Assembly (NCBI GenBank): GCA_012841375.1
Contig: DUUV01000028.1
Coordinates: forward strand, 563 to 64,562
DNA from: Candidatus Fermentithermobacillaceae bacterium
GTDB lineage: Bacteria > Bacillota > Sulfobacillia > Fermentithermobacillales > Fermentithermobacillaceae
DNA: 64,000 bases
Direction of reading: 5' to 3'
The position numbers were made by a program, and so were the translations under genes. Below are positions 1-7,344 of this stretch, one piece after another (position 1 is the stretch's first letter; each line of letters starts with the position of its first letter). The notes below the pieces were generated by a model, which was given only the letters and a program-made list of their open reading frames with translations, was not told the origin of the DNA and did no database searches.

Positions 1-745
1 AAGGGTTTCCTACCGTCTTTCTGCTCATCACGGTCCTGTAGCCACCCGGCATGCCGAAAAGATCGCGCTCAGTATCCCGGCCGCCTTGGGCTGCCATGTC
101 GCGGAGCACAGTCTTCACTGCGTCGAACATGCACCTAAACTCAGCGTCAGATAGCGTTCCCATTACGCGCTTGGGATGTATCTTGGCAGTCCACAGGATA
201 TCCTGGAGCACTCCGTTTCCCAGACCCACAATCCTCTGCTCGGTGGCCAGAAACGCTTTGGCGGACAAGGCGTTCGTTCCCCCCGGCTCTGCCAGTCTGC
301 AAAAGTACGGGAAGTCGAATTCGTCCTCGAGGGGTGATGGGTTGGTGTTTGTCGAGCATGCAATGGGGATCCCTTCAGATTCATGACCCACTTCATAGCA
401 GAACATGCAGCCCCACATCTGGACCGTGCAACTTATGGCGGACCCGTCTTCGAACTGGATGAGAAGCTGGTGTTTTGCGGGGCGTTTCTCGCCCGGCGCA
501 TGGTACCTCATTGGAGTGGAGATCTGGAGGCGCATTTCTTCCGCCTCTATCCGCACGTTGCCGCTCCACACGTGGGCTCCGGTCACATTCTTGCCGACCA
601 GCTTTGCCGGATAGTCTGCGGGATCGCCGGAAAACCAGGCAAAGCCGTGAGGACTATGATTGGCGACTACATTGGAAATGCGCTTGCCTGTCAGCGTCTT
701 CTTGACCTGTTCCGCCAGGGCATAGCTCTCGGGAAGCTCGATCAT
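1..745 (-). CDS. Fpg/Nei-family DNA glycosylase (endonuclease VIII-like), C-terminus runs off the window start
   Basis: Absent from the ORF track because it has no stop in the window. Manual translation from ATG 745 (RBS GGGGGTG) gives MIELPESYALAEQVKKTLTGKRI...KAFLATEQRIVGLGNGVLQDILWTAKIHP...GGRDTERDLFGMPGGYRTVMSRKTVGNP, with the N-terminal ELPE motif and the H2TH motif GLGNG..QDIL. Confidence 0.85.
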   Translation of the reverse strand, partial: MIELPESYALAEQVKKTLTGKRISNVVANHSPHGFAWFSGDPADYPAKLVGKNVTGAHVWSGNVRIEAEEMRLQISTPMRYHAPGEKRPAKHQLLIQFEDGSAISCTVQMWGCMFCYEVGHESEGIPIACSTNTNPSPLEDEFDFPYFCRLAEPGGTNALSAKAFLATEQRIVGLGNGVLQDILWTAKIHPKRVMGTLSDAEFRCMFDAVKTVLRDMAAQGGRDTERDLFGMPGGYRTVMSRKTVGNP

Positions 746-1011
746 GGTTTCACCCCCGTCATACGGAGTCCAAGAGGCCGGAGGAGCACTTCCTCCTCGC
801 CTGGACAAACACCTTTTTCGCTATGCTCCCAGGTCTCAAGTTGGCTCCGGCTTTGTCCAGGCTGAACCAGGCGATGTCGTCGACAGTCCGAAAGGAAGAA
901 CCACCCGGTAGAGAGAAGACCTGTAACACCTCGCCGGAAGGGTGGAGGTTGTCACCATACCCGCTCCAGAAGACTGTGCAAGCAGGTCATCCACCGTTAG
1001 GAGGCAGCCGG

Positions 1012-1326
1012 ATGAGGTTTCCCGGTGAAGACGGAGGTATCTGGTACCACGGATCAGACAAGGTGTTCAATGTACTGCGCGAGGGCAGCACGATTACGCA
1101 GTGGAGGGAACTGGCTGAAGCGTTTTCGCACCAGCCAATCATCCTGTCCTATGATGACGATGGCAAGATTGACCATAATGGGACGAAGAAGGGCTATCTC
1201 TACATCATCGACGAGCCGGTTCAGATAGGCGTGGATGTGTACCAACATCCGCGCACCACAATGAACCCGGGTTTGGAGTTCCTCACAAGGCGTCCGCTGG
1301 CTGTCAGGTTGATTAGGGAGCTATAG
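1012..1326 (+). CDS. Small (104 aa) protein, putative ADP-ribosyltransferase fold (Arr-like)
   Basis: AGGAGG RBS before ATG 1012, inside track ORF 823..1326. Motifs WYHGS, GYLYIIDEP and EFLTRRPLAVRL parallel FYHGT, GYIYIVEP and SYRTCEPLRIV of rifampin ADP-ribosyltransferases. Confidence 0.55.
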   Translation: MRFPGEDGGIWYHGSDKVFNVLREGSTITQWRELAEAFSHQPIILSYDDDGKIDHNGTKKGYLYIIDEPVQIGVDVYQHPRTTMNPGLEFLTRRPLAVRLIREL

Positions 1327-1507
1327 CCCGAATAAAGGCAGGCGTGGATATTGCTCGCCGGTTTTGCTCGTCGATTCGGCTCTAGTGGGATGTTGCGGTG
1401 GTACGAAAAGCAGGGCCTGCCGAAGGACAGCACAGTCTCTGCCCAAGGAGTGAAGCAGGGCCTACACAAGGATTGCTCAGGAACTACCACGGACAGGAGG
1501 AGACACC

Positions 1508-1951
1508 ATGAGTGCAGAGATAGAACCGATAGTCGTTGAGCGCATCTATGAGGCTCCCATCTCTGTGGTCTGGGAGGCCATCACAGATAGTGAGAAGATG
1601 CGCCGGTGGTACTTCACGGAGATGACCGACTTCAGACCTGAAGTCGGCTTCGAAACAGAGTTTACTGTCCACCACGAAGGTCAAGACTACGTGCACCAAT
1701 GGAAGGTCACCGAGGTTGTTCCGGAATGAAAGATCGCCTACCGGTGGCGATATGGGGGGTACGCGGGAGACTCGTCAGTGACCTGGGAACTGTCAGAGGC
1801 ACCGGGCGGCACGAGACTGAGGCTCATCGCCGCCGGGATAGAGACTTTTCCACAGGACAACCCGGCCTTCAGTCGCGAGAGCTGCCGGGCGGGGTGGGAG
1901 TACTTCCTGCATGAACGGCTGGCGGCTTTTCTCCAGGGAGGCACGCCATAG
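1508..1951 (+). pseudogene. SRPBCC/AHSA1-family (START-fold) protein interrupted by an in-frame TGA at 1727-1729
   Basis: MSAEIEPIVVERIYEAPISVVWEAITD...EVVPE*KIAYRWRYGGYAGDSSVTWEL...GWEYFLHERLAAFLQGGTP*. The same frame continues to TAG at 1949-1951 with a typical SRPBCC C-terminal half. Confidence 0.8.
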
Positions 1952-2137
1952 GAGGCAGACCAAGGGGAGGCTCGATTTCCTGACATCCGGGTGGAGAAGA
2001 TCGACAGAGCACTAAAGGATGAGGTCCAAGACCTCCTCAATCGTCCAAGCACCTCACTGACGGACGTCGACTTGAGCACTGTAGCGGACGGTGTCCACGA
2101 AGGTTCTTTACACGCCCCTGGGTCCTTCACGCGGTGT

Positions 2138-3028
2138 CTACCCGCTCCTGCCCGGCTCCGCCTTCCTGGCGAAAAACACCATCTCGCCTGCATGTTCGTC
2201 CAACGGGATGTCCTCGGTCACCGAGCCTTGCTCGTGGAACACTCGCAGGCCGGCGCTATCCAGCATCAGTCTGACTTCCCGGGGGAAGTAGAAAGCCAGC
2301 GTGTCGGTGGTCTCTGCCCGTCGAAGGAGAGTGTCGCCGTACCGTTCTTCGAGGACTATGTGGTCGGTCTCCAGTTGGTTCACGAAGTCATAGTGGGGCG
2401 TGAACCTATCGATGATTGTCGTGCCTGTCACCGGATGAGTGAACTCGAAGGTCCTGGTGACGCCGTTGGACTCTATCATGAGACGGACGTCTGGGATGCT
2501 GCAGTCGAGGATAAACACCCCGTTGTCCTGTAGATGGCGCTTTGCAGTCTTGAGAAGGGAGAGCGCCTCACCCCGGTCAGTCAGGCAGCTAAGGAGGTTG
2601 CACGGGGCGATCACCAGGTCAAACGTCTCTCCGAGGTCAAGGTCGACGACATTGCCCTTGATAACCCTAGTCCTTTCCTGCGTAGAAGGGGATTCGCGGT
2701 TCAGCTTCTCTTTGCATAGGGCTATCATGTCATCTGAGTTGTCCACGCCGGTCACGTGGAATCCGGCGGCGGCCAGCGGGATAAGAATGCGGCCCGTACC
2801 CGACCCGAGTTCCAGGATGCTCGAACCCGCTTTGGCTATCCCTGGCGTTCCGGAGGAGACGGTGCCCGAAGGAAGGCCATCGGACGGAAGACCGTCGCCT
2901 GGCAGTTGCTTGAGCGGCCCGCAGTACCTGGACGCATATCTCACATACGCCCCCACGTCTCCCAGCCCGGCGTGGAGTATGTCGTAGAACTCGGCAAAAA
3001 AGCCACCAAACTCGCCTTGCTTGACCAT
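2138..3028 (-). CDS. Class I SAM-dependent methyltransferase
   Basis: SAM motif ILELGSGTGRI, VTGVDNS and FDLVIAP. Start placed at ATG 3028 after a CAGGAGG RBS rather than the track start 3244. Confidence 0.88.
   Translation of the reverse strand: MVKQGEFGGFFAEFYDILHAGLGDVGAYVRYASRYCGPLKQLPGDGLPSDGLPSGTVSSGTPGIAKAGSSILELGSGTGRILIPLAAAGFHVTGVDNSDDMIALCKEKLNRESPSTQERTRVIKGNVVDLDLGETFDLVIAPCNLLSCLTDRGEALSLLKTAKRHLQDNGVFILDCSIPDVRLMIESNGVTRTFEFTHPVTGTTIIDRFTPHYDFVNQLETDHIVLEERYGDTLLRRAETTDTLAFYFPREVRLMLDSAGLRVFHEQGSVTEDIPLDEHAGEMVFFARKAEPGRSG
2871..2900 (-). repeat. 15-bp tandem duplication (DGLPS x2) within a low-complexity insertion in the methyltransferase
   Basis: Plus strand ggaaggccatcggac / ggaagaccgtcgcct. 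Confidence 0.6.
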
Positions 3029-3329
3029 AAGAACCTCCTGCGGCCCGGCCACACGCACCCGGACAGACATAAACCTCTGCTCATGACCGGTGCCCTTGTC
3101 GCCCGGCTGCGCGCTCCTGAACAAACACGAACCTTTGGTTCTGAACTGACGCTCATGTCGCCCGAGCCCGGCACACGCCCCCACAAACACAGACGCGCGA
3201 TTGTGGTTCCCTGGGCCGATATCTGCCTCCGGTTCAGTAGGCACTGTCAGTCTTGTATTCTTCGTGGAGGGACGACTTTCCTTTGCGCCTCACAGTGGAT
3301 TCTACATGAACGTGGCAGACTTGGCGGAA

Positions 3330-3359
3330 TTGACGTATCTTTTCCACCGATCATAGAAT
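3330..3359 (+). promoter_or_regulatory. Putative sigma-A promoter of the ABC exporter pair
   Basis: TTGACG-18 bp-TAGAAT upstream of GTG 3415. Confidence 0.5.
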
Positions 3360-3414
3360 GGCATCAGCCATTTGATCCCAGTCCATTACCACAAAGCCTG
3401 CGGGGGTTCGAACT

Positions 3415-5301
3415 GTGAAAACCCGAGCAGCCATTTCCGGCGATCTCCGACGGGTCACGGGGCTGATAGAAAGCCCCTTCAAGACATACCTGCAACTGAG
3501 CCTCCTCTTAGTGACTGAATCGCTGGAGCCGGCGTTAGGCGCTTTCGCCTTGAAAGGTCTTCTGGATGCCTTCGTGGCGTTGAATGCTTCTCTTGTTTGG
3601 CGGGCGGCACTTGTCTTCTTTGGAGTAACGGTCTTTGGCGCGCTCATTGGAGGCACGGGCGTTTCGATGCGGGTCCGTCTCGTGGAGGAACTCGCCCGCA
3701 GGCAACGGGAGGCCTTGATGCGCTCCGGGGTCGAGATGCCCCTCCTTCAGTTCGAGAAACTCCCCCGCGGCGACTTGGCATCCAGATTGACATCTGACAT
3801 CACTGTCTCGTCACGAGTCATTACTGAATGCTATCTCCTGGCCAGGGTCGCATTGCGCGCATTCGCTGCGGCGGCGTACATGCTCACCCTGAATTGGCAA
3901 GTCGCCCTGGCTTGCGCCCTCACGGGCCCGGTTACACTGGTCGTCAGCGGAACCATTTCCAGACCTATCAACAAGCGGTCTATGGAGCTCCAGACGGCTA
4001 TCGGCCAAGTCTCGTCCGAAGCCCTCAATACGCTGGAGGGTGTCCAGGCTATCAAGTCCTTCCTGGCAGAGGACTCGGCTGAAAAACGCTTTCTCACAAG
4101 AGCGTCTGCTGTCAGGCTGGCGGCCGTGAGGATGTCCTCGGTGTTCGCGTTGAACGCCGCTTGGATGGGCACAGGTTCCCTCTTGCCATTTGCCGTCACG
4201 TTTGGGTACGGCGGTTACATGGCTGTCCAAGGCAGGCTTACCATCGGAGGGATACTGGCGCTGGTCAGCCTCTGCAACAACCTGGGCTGGCCGTTGGCGG
4301 GCATGGGACGGTCTCTGGCCAACGTTCGAAGGAGTCTCGGGGCTTTCCGCCGTGTCACTGAGATCCTGGACCTTCCGCGGGATGTGGACCCGGTCCCCGC
4401 TGACGGGCATCCTGAGCAGCATGTCATCGAGAGCGAATGGGACCTTCCGCCGGATGCGAACCTGGCCCCGGTTGAAGGGGCAGCGATCACAGAGCGCGCA
4501 GATTCACTGAGTAGAGCCGGAACCACCGACCCGTCCGCCGACGCCATACCAGAACCAGAAGACGCAGGCCTTTCGATAACCGTTCGCGGCCTTTCCTTTG
4601 AGTATATCCAAGGCACCCCTGTTCTGAAGGACATCTCCATTGAGATACCGGCCGGGTCTCTGGTTGTTCTGGCGGGGAAGAGCGGCTGCGGCAAGAGCAC
4701 TCTCATCAAGGTCCTCGCCGGGCTCTACCGCCCGTATCCCGGCACGGTGTTCATCGGAGACCGGGACCTTCACTATGAGGCGAGCTGGGCTCGCACTGTG
4801 ACTCTCTACCTGCCCCAAGAGCCCTTCCTCTTTTCAGGTTCCCTGCGGGAAAATCTTCAGTTGGCCAATGCAGAAGCCACCGAAGCCGAACTGCGACAAG
4901 CATTGTCCATCGCCGACGCCCTGGAGTTTGTTGAGCGGGATGAGGGTGGCCTGGACCGCAAAGTATCCGAGAGGGGGAGCTCATTCTCAGGTGGGGAGAG
5001 GCAGCGTCTATCCATTGCCCGGACGCTTCTCAAGAGAGGCGCGGTGCTGTTGGTCGATGAGCCGACGTCCTCGGTGGACAGAGAGTCCGAGGAGCGGATC
5101 TGGTCCAGTCTCCTCCTGGCAATGAAGGGAAAGACCTGTGTAGTCGCAACTCACCGGTTGGAGATAGCCGCGAGAGCCGACCTTGTTTTTGTGATGGACG
5201 GTGGCCGCATTGTCGAGTATGGAACCCATGCGGATCTTCATATGCCCGGGACCGTCTACAGCAGTCTCGTCGGCGAAACGGGAGGGGTGATGGCCGGATG
5301 A
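3415..5301 (+). CDS. ABC exporter subunit (TMD+NBD, MsbA/multidrug type)
   Basis: Hydrophobic N-terminal domain, Walker A GKSGCGKST, signature FSGGERQR, Walker B LLVDEPT, H-loop ATHR. Confidence 0.92.
   Translation: MKTRAAISGDLRRVTGLIESPFKTYLQLSLLLVTESLEPALGAFALKGLLDAFVALNASLVWRAALVFFGVTVFGALIGGTGVSMRVRLVEELARRQREALMRSGVEMPLLQFEKLPRGDLASRLTSDITVSSRVITECYLLARVALRAFAAAAYMLTLNWQVALACALTGPVTLVVSGTISRPINKRSMELQTAIGQVSSEALNTLEGVQAIKSFLAEDSAEKRFLTRASAVRLAAVRMSSVFALNAAWMGTGSLLPFAVTFGYGGYMAVQGRLTIGGILALVSLCNNLGWPLAGMGRSLANVRRSLGAFRRVTEILDLPRDVDPVPADGHPEQHVIESEWDLPPDANLAPVEGAAITERADSLSRAGTTDPSADAIPEPEDAGLSITVRGLSFEYIQGTPVLKDISIEIPAGSLVVLAGKSGCGKSTLIKVLAGLYRPYPGTVFIGDRDLHYEASWARTVTLYLPQEPFLFSGSLRENLQLANAEATEAELRQALSIADALEFVERDEGGLDRKVSERGSSFSGGERQRLSIARTLLKRGAVLLVDEPTSSVDRESEERIWSSLLLAMKGKTCVVATHRLEIAARADLVFVMDGGRIVEYGTHADLHMPGTVYSSLVGETGGVMAG
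4368..4482 (+). repeat. Degenerate direct repeat with 72-bp period in the TMD-NBD linker
   Basis: ggaccttccgcgggatgtggacccggtcccc at 4368 versus ggaccttccgccggatgcgaacctggcccc at 4440 (DLPRDVDPVP / DLPPDANLAP). Confidence 0.7.
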
Positions 5302-7229
5302 GTCCGAAGCCGAGCGCAAGAAACGACAAAGATGGTGGAGACGACAAAGACGGCAGGAAAGGTAAAATCGAGACAAGCGACAGAGCCCGTGAAGAAGGGG
5401 CTCGGACCGAGCGTTCCCGCGAAAAGCGGCCGGACTCTTGGAGGGATGTCCGGGATATGCTGTCGTTCCTCGGCGCCTACTGGCCCCTCTATATCGTCTG
5501 CATATTCCTTAACATATGCGCCAACCTGGCTTACGGCCCGGGCATAGCCTACTCACTGGCGGTTCTCACTGATTCCATCACCGCCAAAGAGATCTCCCTG
5601 GTGTGGAGAGCGGCTCGACTCCTCGGGCTCATGGCCGCAGCCATGGGTGCCTTGGCGGGCATATCTCACTTCCTGTCTAATTGGACGCTGGAGGCCGTCG
5701 CCCTAAACATCCGGAGGAAGGTAATGTCCAGGGCGCTAAGGGCGAACCTGTCATACTGGCACATCCAGAAGACCGGGGATACCGTATCATTGCTCGTAAA
5801 TGATACAGAGACTGCCAAGCAGGGCCTGAGCCTGCTTCACGGTCTTGTGGGAGATATCGGACTCATTGTGTCGTGCGTGGTGACCCTCATCGCCTGGGGG
5901 CCCGGCACCGCCTTGGCCCTCTTCGTCCTGGCGGCCCTCTGCATGTTTGTGGGAGCCCGTTTCGCCGAGCCGGTCGGGAAGGTGAGCGATGAGTACCAGG
6001 CTGAGACCGCGAATACCACTTCGGCCGCCACGGAGCTCTTGAGCGGGATAGCAGTGGTGAAGTCGCTGAAGGCGGAACCCATCGCCCTTGGGAGGGCTCT
6101 CAGGACTGTCGACCGGCTGTACGGGGTCGCCCGGAAGAGAGGCCGGCTGCTGGGACTTCAATACGGAGCCACCGCCATCACCCAAGGTCTTTCCTCCGTG
6201 GGCGTGCTCATCGTGGCCGCATTCTTGTCTCTACGAGGCCGGATGACCGTGGGGCAGGCCGTAGGCGTCATGCAGCTCGCGTCTCTCCCACTCAACGTGT
6301 TCGGTTCACTCGGCGAGAGCTGGGCGACGATCCAGCAGAACCTGGCGGCCAGCAGGCGGCTCAAGGTTTCCATGGAGATACCGGTTGAGCGGGACGCCGG
6401 AGACGCCCTCGCGGAGGGATCTCCTGACGCCCGTGGCGCCCTTCAACCCGACGCACGCGCTGCGCTTCATCCTGACCCCCGCATGGCGCCTCGACCTGAA
6501 GTTCAGACCGGGCTTCAGCAATCCCATGCCCACACCGCGCTTCACCCGGAGGATACAGACTTCGTGCTTGAGTTCGACTCGGTGACGTTTGGCTATGACC
6601 GGGAGAGGGCCGTCTTGGACGGAGCGTGCTTTCGGATCAGAGAGCGGCAGAAGGCAGCGCTGGTGGGCCCGAGCGGCGGCGGCAAGACATCGGTCTTGAG
6701 GCTCATCCAGGGCTTCTACGAACCGTGGGAAGGTACCATCAAGCTCCGGGGGAAGGATGTTTCGAGCATACCGCTCAAGGAGCTCAGGAGCCAGGTGGGC
6801 ATTGTCCCACAAGAGCCTTTCATCTTCCCGGGGACGGTCCGCGAGAACATCGCCATGGGAAATGAGCAGGCTTCTCTGGACGAGATCATCCGCGCGGCCA
6901 AACTCGCCAATGCCCATGAGTTCATCGCCGGACTGCCCGAAGGGTATGACACGGTGCTGGACGAACGGGGAGGCAACCTCTCCGGAGGACAGAAGCAACG
7001 GATCTGCCTTGCCAGGGCGTTTCTCAAAGACGCCGGTCTGTTGCTCTTAGATGAGCCGACGTCGTCGGTTGACGCCGAGTCCGAGGCCCTTATCCGTCAA
7101 TCGGTGGATGAGTACGCGTCCCGCAAGACGGTGCTGGCTGTGTCCCACACCGAGGGGGTTGTTGAAGGAGCCGGTGTAGTCTTGTCGGTCGCAGACGGCA
7201 AGGTGACCGAGACGCGACGACGAGACTGA
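5298..7229 (+). CDS. ABC exporter subunit (TMD+NBD), probable heterodimer partner of 3415..5301
   Basis: ATGA overlap with the upstream gene, Walker A GPSGGGKT, signature LSGGQKQR, Walker B LLLDEPT. Confidence 0.92.
   Translation: MSPKPSARNDKDGGDDKDGRKGKIETSDRAREEGARTERSREKRPDSWRDVRDMLSFLGAYWPLYIVCIFLNICANLAYGPGIAYSLAVLTDSITAKEISLVWRAARLLGLMAAAMGALAGISHFLSNWTLEAVALNIRRKVMSRALRANLSYWHIQKTGDTVSLLVNDTETAKQGLSLLHGLVGDIGLIVSCVVTLIAWGPGTALALFVLAALCMFVGARFAEPVGKVSDEYQAETANTTSAATELLSGIAVVKSLKAEPIALGRALRTVDRLYGVARKRGRLLGLQYGATAITQGLSSVGVLIVAAFLSLRGRMTVGQAVGVMQLASLPLNVFGSLGESWATIQQNLAASRRLKVSMEIPVERDAGDALAEGSPDARGALQPDARAALHPDPRMAPRPEVQTGLQQSHAHTALHPEDTDFVLEFDSVTFGYDRERAVLDGACFRIRERQKAALVGPSGGGKTSVLRLIQGFYEPWEGTIKLRGKDVSSIPLKELRSQVGIVPQEPFIFPGTVRENIAMGNEQASLDEIIRAAKLANAHEFIAGLPEGYDTVLDERGGNLSGGQKQRICLARAFLKDAGLLLLDEPTSSVDAESEALIRQSVDEYASRKTVLAVSHTEGVVEGAGVVLSVADGKVTETRRRD
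6423..6551 (+). repeat. 24-bp degenerate tandem repeat (8-aa units) in the TMD-NBD linker
   Basis: PDARGALQ / PDARAALH / PDPRMAPR / PEVQTGLQ / QSHAHTALH / PED, with units starting at 6423, 6447, 6471, 6495 and 6519. Confidence 0.75.
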
Positions 7230-7344
7230 GACGGTTTTGGGCCCTAGGAAGAGAAGTAAGGCAAGTGTAGATGCATCCGGTAGAACTCACGCAGCGCTCA
7301 GGCATTTCTGCATGTTGCGCTCTAGCCCGCCGACGGGCGCCTAT

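Noticed and set aside
760-990. Minus-strand frame reading ...LHPSGEV...VDDIAWFSLD..., reminiscent of a NUDIX C-terminus
   Set aside because: No start codon with RBS, an upstream in-frame stop and no Nudix box. Too weak to call even a pseudogene.
1727-1755. Selenocysteine recoding of the SRPBCC TGA (hairpin ATCGCC-TACCGGT-GGCGAT just downstream)
   Set aside because: The loop is only ~9 nt from the UGA, too close for a bacterial SECIS, and the position is not a Cys-equivalent site. A nonsense mutation is simpler.
1991-2533. Track ORF 1991..2533 and a WTIEEVL fragment resembling an IS transposase tail
   Set aside because: The ORF is mostly antisense to the methyltransferase. The fragment is bounded by stops and has no other transposase motifs or terminal repeats.
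3029-3244. N-terminal extension of the methyltransferase given by the ORF track
   Set aside because: A strong RBS precedes ATG 3028 and the extension has no domain-like character.
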